From Octopus sinensis (taxonomy: Eukaryota): 64,000 bases of DNA. Position 1 is the first letter of the stretch, and the number at the start of each line of letters is the position of its first letter. The notes under the pieces were generated by a model that was given only the letters and a program-made list of their open reading frames with translations, was not told the DNA's origin and made no database searches. The stretch spans positions 98,022,001-98,086,000 of the forward strand of contig NC_043004.1 of assembly GCF_006345805.1 (NCBI RefSeq). Reading direction: 5' to 3'. Of this stretch, positions 44,625 through 57,840 are shown piece after piece. The position numbers were made by a program, and so were the translations under genes.

Positions 44625-44650
44625 TAACGATAATGATAATAATAATAATT
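44108..44650. repeat. ~540-bp (AAT)n/(GAT)n microsatellite
   Basis: Directly visible; explains four spurious ORFs. Confidence 0.97.
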
Positions 44651-44946
44651 TAATAGCACCACTCACGCATTCAGCTATGCACGTTAAATATCTTATGCAG
44701 TTCTCATCCAACTTCCGGAACATATACTCTTGCATAATCATTATCCAATAATATATCACAACACTTACTCTCACATATTCAACATCGAATATTATAAAAC
44801 AACAACTCACGTAACTCAAATTATGTACAAGAGCCATATACAGTTAGGTACGCCAACGCTAAAACAAATCTAACCAAAAATGCGCTCCTTATCTGGTCGT
44901 TCAACCTGCTACAAATAACCAACGAATCTCCTTGAAATGATCTCAT

Positions 44947-45159
44947 TTACTCTTTTACTCTTTTACTTGTTACAGTCATTTGACTGCGGCCATGCTAGAG
45001 CACCGCCTTTAATCGAGCAACTCGACCCCGGGACTTATTCTTTGTAAGCCCAGTACTTATTCTATCGGTCTCATTTTGCCGAACCGCTAAGTAACGGGGA
45101 CGTAAACACACCAGCATCGGTTAACAAGCGATGCTAGGGGGACAAACACAGACACACCA

Positions 45160-45206
<47 letters not shown>

Positions 45207-45371
45207 TACGACAGGCTTCTTTCTGTTTCCGTCTACCAAATCCACTCACAAGGCATTGGTCGGCCGGGGCTATAGCAGAAGACACTTGCCCAAGGTGCCC
45301 CGCAGTGGTACTGAACCCGGAACCATGTGGTTGGTAAGCAAGCTACTTACCACACAGCCACTCCTGCGCCT
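44947..45371 (-). mobile_element. SINE family B, full length
   Basis: Colinear with 32131-32555. Confidence 0.9.
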
Positions 45372-45839
45372 ATCTACTTCATCTTAAGCAAGAATACATT
45401 GGATAATGTATTCTTTCGTTATGAACCCCCTACACATTGCGGATAAAGTCGAATTGTGACAGCGTGGTTGCCTTACTTTGATCATTGGTCTGCACGATCA
45501 TAACCGTTCTGCGGTTTAACAGAAAAATACCCCTCTAAACTCTAATTGCCCTCTCATGTAACTCCAACCACACAACATGTGGATAACTTAATCACCATTC
45601 CTCAAAATAAACACCTCTCGCATTGAACACATTTTGTACAAATACGGCCCCACATAGCACCAACCAACCTCACAATACGTAGTCTACAGCAGAAATTCTG
45701 AAACGGTGCACCATAGCACACTGTTGTACAGGACGGCTAACTAGGGGAATCGTGGAAATTTTTAAGGCGTTATCATACTTTGCGAAAGTGAGTGAAAAAT
45801 GTGTATAACTTTGTAAAATATGTAGGTGAGTTTAAGTCA

Positions 45840-45942
45840 CAATAACTTAGCGGTTCCGCAAAGAGATCAAGACTAAAATCGTTCAAGGCGGTGCTCCAGT
45901 ATGGCCGCAATTTAATGACTGAAATAAGTGAAAGATAAAAGG
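45840..45942 (+). mobile_element. SINE family B tail fragment
   Basis: AACTTAGCGGTTC..GGCGGTGCTCCAGTATGGCCGCA..ATGACTGAAA. Confidence 0.7.
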
Positions 45943-46324
45943 TACTTTATTTTTGAATTTAAACTTTGAAACATTTTTTTACTTACACATTTTTTATGCA
46001 GAGTATTTTAGTAATTACTTTTACAATGCAGCGGGAAAATGAACGAAAACTGCTGTTTTGCAGCTCTAACACCCAGAAAAATAACACCTATTCTACACAA
46101 CAACCATCCTACATAACAACAGTTATACTAGACATATAAACACAAACCCCACCCAACAAAATAATTCAACTCATCTTTCACAAACTCTACGCAACAAACA
46201 CTCTTTCGACGTAATTGAACAACATTATGGGTTGTACTATTCATTACTCGATCGCTCAATACGAAACATGGTTCAGGAGACCTCATTTCGAGTGACTTTT
46301 CCTGGGTCTGTAAACTCATTCTTG

Positions 46325-46455
46325 TATTCAACCCGTCATAAGGTTACCCATTTAAAGCCAACGAGAAATGAAGTATTTTGCTCAAGAGCACAACTCCACA
46401 TTTAGTCTGGGAATCGAAACCACGATCTCGCGTTCGCGAGTGCAACAGTTCTAAC
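46325..46455 (-). mobile_element. SINE family C head fragment
   Basis: Minus strand reads GTGTGGTTAGAAC..GGTTTCGATTCCC..TCTTGAGCAAAATACTT. Confidence 0.6.
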
Positions 46456-47289
46456 CACACGGTGACGCGCCTTCAAACAAAACAAAAAAAAAACAACAGA
46501 AACAAGAAAACTAAACCACCCTCCCCCAAATGCTATACGGATTTAGAATATAGATACATTTCACCTTCATAAAAAAGGCAATAATGCACAAACTTTAGGC
46601 ACATGGACGTGTAGAAAAATAAAATAATAATACAAACTCGTATGAAATTACTACGAAAAAGTAATGAAGAAATGAAGATATTAACAATGATCTATTTATT
46701 GGAGAGTGAGGCTTACATATACTAAGAGGAAATAAGCCTTAAATAAAGGAGCGATGATAAATAGGAAAAACAATAACTCAAGAACTACAAAGAATATCGA
46801 TAAGACCATTGAAGGGTGCAGGAAAATTGCGTTACCATCAAATCATCATCGTCGTCGTCGTCGTCATCGTCATCATGATCATCATCATCCGAATTAATAT
46901 CGTCCGTAGCAGCTTCATTATCATAAAGATTATCCCATCTACTGGTAAAACTATCACCCATACTAGAGCGACGAGCATTCCAACGGAATTTCTGGCAAAG
47001 CCTATAGGAGATGTTCTTCCGCTTTGTCATGTGTAAGTACTACAAAACAGAAAGGAAAAACAAGTGCTCTATAACTTCAAATATTTCTCTGTTTCATCTG
47101 AAGCCCCTCCACTGAGAACATGTTTTGATTTGGTTAACCCTCCATAACTTCTTGAAAAAGAAACTTAGAAAATATACAAGACTTGCAATAAGAATTAGGG
47201 TTGATTCAATTGACGAAAACCTTCAAGGACGTAACCAGCATGACTTGATTTCAATGAGCGATAGAATACATACATATCGATATATAAAT

Positions 47290-47670
47290 AGGCCTAGATG
47301 TGTAGTAAGAAGTTTGTTTCCATCCACATGGTTCCAGGTTCAGTCCCACTGCGTTGTATGTTGCGTAACTGTTTTCTACTATAGACTTAAGCCGACTAAA
47401 GCCTTGTGGGTGGATCTGGTTAATGGAAAATGAAAGAAGCACGTCGTAAATATGTGAGTGTGTGTGTCTGCTTATGTCTCGGTTTGTCCCCAACCACCGC
47501 TTGACAACCGGTGTTGGTGTGTTTACGTTCCGCAACTTAGCGGTTCGGCAAAAAGTAGGCGATAAAATAAGTACTAGGATTAAAAGAAACCTTGGAGTCG
47601 ATCTGTTCAACTAAAATCATTCATTGCGGTACTCATTATGGCCGTAGTCAAATGAGAAAAAACAAAAATA
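47290..47670 (+). mobile_element. SINE family B
   Basis: GTAAGAAGTTTG..GGTTCAGTCCCACTGCG..ACCGCTTGACAACCGGTGTTGGTGTG..AACTTAGCGGTTCGGC. Confidence 0.82.
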
Positions 47671-47702
47671 ATATATATATATATATAATAGCAAACAATA
47701 TA

Positions 47703-48074
47703 TTTATTCTCTAGAAAAACGCCGCCGCCGTGGTGATCTCATTCTCGCTCACAACATCATAAGCGGAAAGTGTAACCTCTCGGAACAGCTGTTCTTCACT
47801 CCTGCTCCAGAGCGTCGGCTGCGGGGTCATTCCGAAAAGCTCTACCTGCGACGATTTCATCTCAATCGAAGGAGAGGAGCTTTCTCCGTCCGGGTTGCGG
47901 TCCGTGGAACAAGCTGCCAGACGAGATGGTGAAGATGCCGACGACCGCTTTGTTCAAAGTCTCCCTTGACCTCAAGTGGCCTGAACTCTTTACATGAACA
48001 CCACCCTGTACTTAACTCCATGTCCCCCTACATGGCCTTGCTATTTGCTTTTGAGCCAAATTAACTAACTAACT
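47703..48074 (+). mobile_element. CR1-type LINE 3' end
   Basis: YSLEKRRRRGDLI..RLRGHSEKL..FSVRV..PWNKLP..FKVSLD, stop at 47995-97, UTR and (TAAC)n tail; one frameshift. Confidence 0.88.
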
Positions 48075-48078
48075 ATAC

Positions 48079-48114
<36 letters not shown>

Positions 48115-48119
48115 GCATA

Positions 48120-48540
48120 TTCTTTTATTCTTTTACTTGTTTCAGCCATCTTCACTGCGGTCATGATGGAGTACCGTCTTTAGTCGAACAAATCGACCCC
48201 AGCACTTCTTTGTAAGCCTAGTACTTAGTCATTTGGTCTCTATTGGTTTCTTTTGCCGAATCGCTAAGTTTCGGGGACATAAACACACCAACATCCGTTG
48301 TTAAACGACGGTGAGGGGACAAACACAGACTCACAAATAAACACACACACACACATACATATACACACACGACGGGCTTCATTCCGTTTCAGCCTATCAA
48401 ATCCACTCACAAGGCTTTGGTCGGCCCGAGGTTTATAACAGAAAAACTCGCCCAACGTGCCACGCAATGGGACTGAATACAGAACCATGCGGTTGAGAAG
48501 CAATTTCTTACCTTCTTACCACACAGCCACGCTTGTGCCT
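48120..48540 (-). mobile_element. SINE family B
   Basis: Colinear with 44947-45371. Confidence 0.85.
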
Positions 48541-49847
48541 ATATACATATACATATACATACATATACATACATGTGCATGTGTGTGTTGTGTGTGTGTG
48601 TGCGTGTGCATACACATGCTTATTATATATATTTTAGCCATATCGGCCCGTTTCAGGCTGATGCAGCACCCGCAGATTTGACTAATCGGTGTATTTTCAT
48701 CTTATCACGCCTGTATATCCAGAGCCAAGTGTTTTTGTTTGGCTTTTCTACGTGTTGAATCTCTTGTTAGTGGATCAATGAATTGTCAAAGTATACTCTA
48801 CTTTGCTTGTACCATTTTGCAGATGGCTGATCAGAGAAACCCTAACAAACAGCATTCCCAGAAGATCTGCTTCTCTTATTTCAAAGTTGGAGGATGCAGA
48901 AAATAATTTCCTGCTTGGATTCACAGCATAATGTGTGCAAAGGATACAAAGCAAAAACATCAACCTGGTTGACTATCACCTTATCTACCTTATCATTACG
49001 TATCTATAAACCCCGCACAAATGCATACCAATACATACACATAGAGATAAACATATTTTCATAGACAATATCATGAGATGCTATCTTTGGTTCAGTGTTT
49101 ATGCTACACGTTTTATCATTTGTTCCATTGTATTATCTGTGAGGAATAGGATAGAACTTTGTGTGAAATCAGCTTGTGTGCCTGACGTAGATTAATGTGA
49201 GATCTTTAGGAACATTAGTGCGCATGCCATTTGTGATTTGAGTCATTTCGTGGAAAAAAAGGATCGTGACAAGAGCAGTGTTGTTATTACTTTTGTTGTT
49301 GGGGTTCGGTTGTTGTAGTAGTGGTCATGACGTTGATAACTTGCTGTTTCTAAAATACATTGGGTGATGCTGCAAATACCGATATTTGAAACTATATATC
49401 CGATAATATTTTGTGATTTCATACATAAGCACATGAACTCAAAATTAAGGGAAGGGATTAGAAAATAAAATCGATCTCTTTCTTGACCGTTATTTAATCT
49501 TTATCATCGGATGAAGGCAAAAAACAAAAACAAAAAAAACAAAAAAAAAAACCCAGAAAATAATAATAAACAACGAGTCCGGTGGTATTTAAGCTTAGTT
49601 GTGATAAAACGTACTTGAAGATGTAGACAGAAAAAGAAATTATCTGGATGACAATTGTGATAGGACTGTTAATGTTTTTGGTAAGACACTATCCTAATGG
49701 TTGTTATGATGATAATGAACATCATCATCATTGTTATAGTTTTTCCCACCAATGGAGACATCAGAACTAACTTCTTTATTTATCTCACTCTCTATATGCA
49801 TCTGTGCATTTCTCTCTCACTCTTTCCATCTACTTATCTCTCTCTCC

Positions 49848-49915
<68 letters not shown>

Positions 49916-50729
49916 TATATAAGATAGTTACGGTCAGTTCTTAGGGTTACCTAGGGATTCATGTCCGTAAAGCACTTAGCTTTACAGAAATACGTCTCGT
50001 CAGATCCTGGTGACCAGTTGCCATTAACTTCCCTTCAATATGGAGTGAGAAAAGGCCATGTGGCTAGTTTTTAAACCCACAAAGAAGAAAGGTCAAGTGT
50101 CAAGTGCAAGGGATTGTTTCCATTAGACAACTATCCGGAATCCACCCAATCAGCTTGAGGATCGCAAGATTTCTGTTGGAATTGACAGAAGTCTAAGCAG
50201 GGTCCCAAGACTTCCGTGCTGGGATTTAAGATGTTCCGCAGGTCGAGGGAGATAAATATATTGGTAACGACACTCCAGTCTCACGCCATTTCCGCTCTCG
50301 GGTTGTCCTTGCACAGGGGCCATCCGGACTCCCGTCTTCACCGTGAACAGGGATTAATCTTTTCTCTTCGCTTTTTTGCACGACATGGGCTCGATTCTCC
50401 TCACTTCTTCATCTAACCCTTATCCTCTCTTCTCTCTTCCTCTCACACCTACTTCCTTCCACCCACCTCTCCTCTGTTGTTGTGACACCTACTTCCTCTC
50501 TTCACTCCTACCTACCTTCTCTCTTCCACCCTCTCCCTTCATCGTCACCCCTCCCTCATTACTTCATCCCTACATATTCCAATCCCTCCATCCCTATACA
50601 TCCCATCCCACCGCATCCCTTACACCCACTCCGAATTACCCCCATCCCTACACCCACCCTTGCTTTCCCCACTATCGCCTCCCCCACCCAACCCCCAGAC
50701 CCCACACCACACACCACCATACCACACCA

Positions 50730-51085
50730 TACCGCCTTTCATCCTTTCGGATCGATAAATTAAGTACCAGTGAAACACTGGGGTCGGTATAATCGACTTA
50801 ATTCTCTCTCCAAGCTGCCGTTGTGGGGAAAAAATTGATATATTATTATTATTATTATTATCGGAAAGCGAAAAAGTTGGCAGAATAGTTAACGCAACGG
50901 ACAAAATGCTTAGCGTAATTTCGTTCGTATTTACGCTCTGATTCCAAAATCTGCCGAGGTCAACTTAGCCTTTCATCCTTTTGGGTTCGATAACCCAGTG
51001 ACCCGTTGAGTACTGGGGTCAATTTAATCGACTTATTCCCTTTCCCAAACTTACTGGTCTTGTTTCAATATTTGAAATCATTATT
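50730..51085 (+). mobile_element. Two adjacent family A SINE copies (fragment 50730-50845; copy 50865-51085)
   Basis: GCCTTTCATCCTTT core present twice. Confidence 0.78.
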
Positions 51086-51313
51086 ATCGTTATTCTTCTT
51101 TTACTTCTCTGAGCGCTAGGTCTGGTTTATTCCGAGATCTCACAGGGTCTATTTCTGCACATTATAAGCTTTGATAATTGGTTGTTAATTATTGTAGAAG
51201 ACATTCAACATACAAGTCCAACCTCAAAATCTTAACTGTCGTCAGCAGTTTCTTTTTCTATTTTTATTCTTTTTTGGTTTGCTCTGCTCTCATGTCAATT
51301 CCGATTTCTCTGA

Positions 51314-51392
<79 letters not shown>

Positions 51393-51407
51393 TATTATTA
51401 TTATTGC

Positions 51408-51860
51408 CTTTGCACAGCTTCTAACACTGGAGATGTACTTACATTGTCAGCTGTTCCCTACCAGTGAACTAAGGTAACACCTCTTATTTTTCGAGCACCT
51501 TCCGGAGTATTCGAGCGATTCCAAGAAGTGCTGTTTTCTGCAAGTGCTCCACTCTTATTGCAGCAGCCCTTATTTGTTCCACGTATCTCTCGAGATGTTT
51601 GCTTACTGTTTCCAAAGTTGCAGAGGATTTTTGTCTTCCCTTTTACGTCCATTACCTTTTCCGGTATATGTTGGTACCAGGCACCCGTTACCTCGTAGCT
51701 ATACTTCCGGCATTGCTACCAGTGAAGGTTTGGGGCTACCTAGTGTCTGCGCTAATACTTTTTCTATGCAAGGCTTTCACAAACATTACCAATGTGAGTC
51801 AGTTACGCTTTCGACCCTCTTTTCACATATTCTGCAGAGGTTCGTTGCATTTGTAAGGTA
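51408..51860 (-). mobile_element. RLE LINE 3' fragment with an internal deletion
   Basis: LCRICEK..THIGNVC knuckle, similar in DNA to 22090-22280; C-terminus HLQKTALLGIARILRKVLEK*; 3' end against (TAT)n at 51315-51405. Confidence 0.8.
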
Positions 51861-52311
51861 TATATCCCTTTTCAGGGTCAACTTGGCTTATTACAACAGC
51901 AAGTTGACAGAATCTTTATTATCGCATTAGCATTATCATATAAGTATGTAGATGCTCGCGTGGCTATTTTTGTCTATTTATATATATATATTGGTCTAAA
52001 CATTTTATTTTGAAAATTATTCCCTAATCGAGGTTTACTCATTGAATTTATCTTATATCAGAACTTAATACATTCTTATTCAAATACATTGTGTGGGGGG
52101 TTGTGAGCGCACGTGTGCATATGTTTGTATGTATGTGTATGTGTGTGTAAATATATTTGTATGTATGTCTCTACGTCTGTGTACGTGAGTGTTTGTGGAA
52201 AATGTTTATGTGTGTGCGTATAACGAAACGTGCGTATGCGTTTGTGATTGTTTATACTTACGTAATGATTAAAACATTCACAGACAGTATATGAAGTTTA
52301 TGATGAAGTAT

Positions 52312-52351
52312 TAGTAGTAGTAGTAGTGGTTGTTGTTGTTGTTGTTGTTGT

Positions 52352-52396
<45 letters not shown>

Positions 52397-52405
52397 CAGC
52401 AACAA
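52312..52405. repeat. (GTA)/(GTT) triplet repeat
   Basis: Directly visible. Confidence 0.93.
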
Positions 52406-53991
52406 CAACCACGACTACAACCACACTGGTAGTGTCACTCCTTCTTATTACTTCTGGTGAGAAAAGTTTGGCATCAAGCCAAATGAATATCTTGTACAAG
52501 ACAATTTATCTTAGAACTATTGACATTCTGCTCGGAGGTCAACTCCTTTGAAAATGGGCCTCTTTCCACATTTCTTGCCAAAAGATTGTGGACTCTAGCA
52601 AGACACTGATTTACAAAATGTTCGGTTTTCATTAGAGTGCAATTAACAAGAATTTTGACCTTTTTCTGACGAGAAGGTTGACATTAATTTTTAGAAAATT
52701 TTCCTAAGCATAAATTGCATTGCATTAAGAAAATAAATACCAAATCAGATTCCAGGAGATATTCTCAATTCATTGATTATTGCTAGTTCGCTTTGTTTTT
52801 AGGATTGGTTTTTGTCTCCGTAAGTGGTTTATAATACAGCTTGAGAATTTTATTTGGTTAATATTCTTTGCTTGCAAGATTGTCAAAGAATTTGGACAAC
52901 ATGCATGCTACATAACACGCAGTGAATTGGCCAATAGATATTCTTGAGACTCAACATCATAGATTGTAAGAGAAATAAAAATTTGTATTGATAATTGAGT
53001 AAATTTATGAACAGCCATAACCTTTGATTGATCTTAGTGTTATTATTGTTCTAGTTATGAGATATACTTGGTCAACTCTGATTGATTAATCAAACCTCAA
53101 GTAAACTATGTAGGTAAAGGAAACATTTGATTAAAGTCTCCAGTTGTGATGTTTCCATTTTTTTGTGAAACTCTGAAGAGTATTATAAACTTTAAAACAT
53201 AAAATATTTAGTTTCATTTATAAGTGAAGTAACGCCTTGCTGACGCTATATTTTGCTACCATGTCAGATCTTAAGAATATCAAAAGCAAACAACTGAGCT
53301 ATGTTTGGTTGCTTACTTTGCTAGAAGTAACACTTAAATCCCCATGAAATCACATACTGTGTTTAATGTGTTTAGAGAGGAAACTCACAGACTTTTGAAA
53401 AAAAATGTTTCAAACATTCATATAAATTAGAACATTGTTTATGTTGTCAAATAAATGTAGATATGACTGTGTTTAAAAAACTTTTTGGTTATTTTGAATG
53501 AATATACGTCACTGTGTAATTTTTTGTTTACTTTGTTACTGTTATTTTATAATAGAATATACTTTTCACCTGCATAACGTCTACAACGTCTGACAGTAAT
53601 GATGTAAAGAGACACCGGGTTATCTTTAATAAGTATCTAAGAGTGATATAATGCAACAAACACTCAATAACTAGTGTCTCCTATAAAGTTAAAAACGAAT
53701 CATCGCTCAAGAGACTGATGAAATCAAATGACAGAGTTATCTAATTTGGAGCATAGACAAAGTCAACTATCTGTTGTGGAAGGATTTCGACCACCCTCAA
53801 GTAACTAAAAGGTAGACTGACTCATTGTTATAAAACAAAGAACTGTAAGCAATTGGAGTTCGGGTTGGTAAGCAGTTCTCTGTGAGCCTTTGATATAGAG
53901 CGTTAAGTCTCGTATAATAGCAATACTAGTGTGACCTGTATATACTTCCTTCCTCACTGCTTCGTTATATTATATATCCAATACAAGGATA

Positions 53992-54384
53992 TCTTTATAT
54001 ATAAAAGTAAGGTTGTGTGTCTGTATACTACGATTTAGATTCCTAACTACTCCCACATTTTGCGGTGCAGTTTACCCAAAACCGGGTATCTTATAGTCGT
54101 GATTCATATCGAGTTCTTCTGGGTATTAGCGCGCGTCTACGATGAGTCTACGATTTCAAAAAAATTTACTATCATTTTTTTCCATTTTAATGCATATTTT
54201 TTAAATATAAGGGAAGTAACTCTCTAAAAATGTCTACGATGAGTCAACGATTTAAAAAAAAATTACCATCATATTTTTTATATTTTTAATGCATTTTTTG
54301 GCTAATTTTTTGGCTATAACTCTCTAAAAATGCTTTATAGTTATTTCCCTTACAAACCCGAGGAATGCCGGGTTATACTGCTAG
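53992..54384 (+). mobile_element. Complete non-autonomous Helitron (393 bp)
   Basis: A|TC 5' end; hairpin AACCCG/CGGGTT (54355-54374); CTAG|T 3' end; internal ~110-bp direct repeat. Confidence 0.88.
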
Positions 54385-54948
54385 TAAAACTATAAAAATA
54401 AAATACAAGATCCCTCCTAGGCGGTTGTTTAACTGAACTAGCTAGATAACAAAGCAAATTTCCCTGTATTCTTCCCTGTAAGGTTCCCTGTATTCTTCCC
54501 TCTCAGAACCTTACAGTAGTCTGGAACAACCGAATTTAAGTCAGTCAGTTGATGGGCTCCACTACCTCAAATATTCTTAAAATTTAAATCCACATCTTTG
54601 TCTATATACCTACCTTCTCTATAATGTTGCCACTTGATATGAACATTTTTGTATTAATGGAAAACCTCTATAATTGGCTGATGATCGCTCAGCATTTTAA
54701 AACTGTTGTAATATTTCAAACATTTAATAAAATGATGTAGTACGAAACGATCTTACCAAATTACCGGAGTCATTCTTGTTGCTTATTTTGAGTATATATA
54801 TATATATATATATACATATAAATATATAGATATAAAGATATACATATATATGCACACACATTTTTATATTTATATATGTTTGCATATATATGTATATCTT
54901 TATATCTATGTCTATCTATCTGTCTCTCCGTCTGTCTGTCTGTCTCTG

Positions 54949-55000
<52 letters not shown>

Positions 55001-55068
55001 TACATATATATACAAACATATATATATATATATATACAAATATATGTATATATACATATATATTTATA

Positions 55069-55111
<43 letters not shown>

Positions 55112-55442
55112 ATTATGCAAGCAAATGGAGAGATTTAATAGATAAAATTAATTTATTAATTGATTAAAATTACTTAGAATTGTTTCAACTCACACTCTAA
55201 GACAAATTACAAAATAAACGCAAAAAAATATGTTAGCATTTTGAAGATTTCGTGTGGCATAGTATCAGAAAGTTACATGTTGACCGGTTGAGACATTCTA
55301 ATAAAGTAGATGAAAATATGTTTAGTTGAGCTCACGCGCGCGCGCAGTATTTTTCTTAAAATATATTAAGAAAATATATAAAAATATTGGAATATGTAAT
55401 GTACACATATAAAAATAAAAATAGTCTGTTAGATTATATATA

Positions 55443-55523
<81 letters not shown>

Positions 55524-55700
55524 TGTATGTATGTATGTATGTATGTATGTTATGTATGTATGTATGTATGTATGGTTGTATCGAGGTTTTGGGGGGTTGT
55601 GTATTCTCCTGTACGTGCATGTGTAAGTGTGTGCATGCATGTAAGTACGTTGTCATATACGTCCATAGATGTTAGCATATATGTATATAAGTATGAGTTG

Positions 55701-55734
<34 letters not shown>

Positions 55735-55739
<5 letters not shown>

Positions 55740-56044
55740 AATATTAGGGAATAAATCCAAACTTACAGGGAAAAATCAGATTTAGGATTGAATCCAATTT
55801 TATTATAAATTATTATATTATATTAAATTAGAGACAAAACCACTATTAGGCAAATCATACAATGAAAAACTTAAGCCAACACATAAGATTATTTAATTTA
55901 TATTATTTAAATATATAACAAAATTATTAATATTTTAATAATTTTGTTATATATTTAAATAATATAAATTAAATAATATTATGTATTGGCTTAAGTCTTT
56001 CATTGTATGATTTGCCTAATAGTGGTTTTGTCTCTAATTTAATA

Positions 56045-56050
<6 letters not shown>
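55735..56050. mobile_element. (TA)n-embedded element ending in a ~115-bp-arm fold-back
   Basis: Arms at ~55816-55930 and ~55935-56050 with few mismatches; TA tracts on both sides. Confidence 0.65.
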
Positions 56051-56075
<25 letters not shown>

Positions 56076-56597
56076 GCGTATATATATATTTGTATGTACA
56101 TACGTTTGTATGTGTGTGTGTATGTATATATATATGTGTGTATGTATATATGGGTTTGCGTATGCATGTATGTATGTGCGTATAAATTTACTTTAGTAAA
56201 TGATGAACATAAATGTGGAATAAAAGTAGGAACAAGAAATGTAAAATTATTCCGACAACTTCTAGTTATATAAATTTAGATTGTCATGTCTTTATATATG
56301 ATGTAAATAGCTAAATAAGTTCATATAATCTAGACCTGAAGAGTGACAATATAATCGTTTTAATATGGTATAATAATTTGAGGCCTTTTATCGAGGAATA
56401 TCGAGGAATTTGTTTTCATGAATCGTGCGTAGTCTATGTAATGTAAATATATGCTTTGGAATAAGAATTTAATGTATTAATTTTGATAATTTTAACATTT
56501 AGTCCAATATGTACATATCGTGGATAATATCGTTCAATGATGATTGAGTTGCTTGAGAGTCATTATGCCTCTTAAACCTATATATATATATAAATTT

Positions 56598-56643
<46 letters not shown>

Positions 56644-56915
56644 GAAGGGTGTGAAATAATTAATTTGGAAAAATTATCAATTACACCAAGTAGTCTTCGG
56701 CATGTAAAAGCCTCATTCGAGGAAAATTTAAGTAATACTAAGCAATAAGGGTTTAGCACGAGTTGCCTTACCACATACCGAATTTAGAAATAGCAGTCAA
56801 AGGGTTATAGCTATCTCTTCTACTAAAAAGGGAGATCTCAGTAAAAACAGCATTTGGAAGGCAGACACAAACGGTAAGAGAGAATGAATTGACTGCAATC
56901 TATCATACATTTTTT

Positions 56916-57033
56916 TAGTTATCCACGGACGTACGTTTCGAAATCAAGTGTTTTAGAAAGCATAGGAATTAAATATTAAATATTAAATAATTCTATCTTA
57001 CCGAAACTTCTTTTCTCTTCAGCGTAGAATATA
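56916..57033 (-). ncRNA. Type I hammerhead ribozyme, extended stem II
   Basis: Reverse complement of the 57722-57840 fold, with a few probable base errors; GUC site between 56928 and 56927. Confidence 0.78.
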
Positions 57034-57721
57034 TAATCATAAATGATTATATATTGAATTTTGAGATACCAGAAGGCACCAACTCAACTCAGTATCAGAG
57101 CGAGCTAGAATCCGCAACTGGTATCACCGAATTCAATTTGTGAATGAAACGATTGTGTCAACAGCCCCTCCCACCCGCGTGTAGCCAAAACAAGATGCTG
57201 TGGTCATCTACTGAGATAAAATATGGTTATCCGTAAAATGAGGGTGAAATTAATTAATTTGGAAAAATTATCAATTACACCAAGTAGTCTTCGGCATGTA
57301 AAAGCCTCATTCGAGGAAAATTTAAGTAATACTAAGCAATAAGGGTTTAGCAACGAGTTGCCTTACCACATACCGAATTTAGAAATAGCAGTCAAAGGGT
57401 TATAGCTATTTCTTCTACTAAAAAGGGAGATCTCAGTAAAAACAGCATTTGGAAGGCAGACACAAACAGGTAAGAGAGAATGAATTGACTGCAATCTATC
57501 ATACATTTTTTTAGTTATCCACGGATAACCATATTTTATCTCAGTAGATGACCACAGCATCTTGTTTTGGCTACACGCGGGTGGGAAGGGGCTGTTGACA
57601 CAATCGTTTCATTCACAAATTGAATTCGGTGATACCAGTTGCGGATTCTAGCTCGCTCTGATACTGAGTTGAGTTGGTGCCTTCTGGTATCTCAAAATTC
57701 AATATATAATCATTATGATTA

Positions 57722-57840
57722 TAGTATTCTACGCTGAAGAGAAAAGAAGTTCGGTAAGATAGAATTATTTAATATTTAATATTTAATTCCTATGCTTTCC
57801 TAAAAAACTTGATTTCGAAACGTACGTCCGTGGATAACTA
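57722..57840 (+). ncRNA. Type I hammerhead ribozyme, extended stem II
   Basis: CUGAAGA 57734-40; GAAA 57817-20; stem III ACGUACGU palindrome; GUC^ after 57828; stem I 6 bp + 2x2 loop + 4 bp. Confidence 0.82.
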
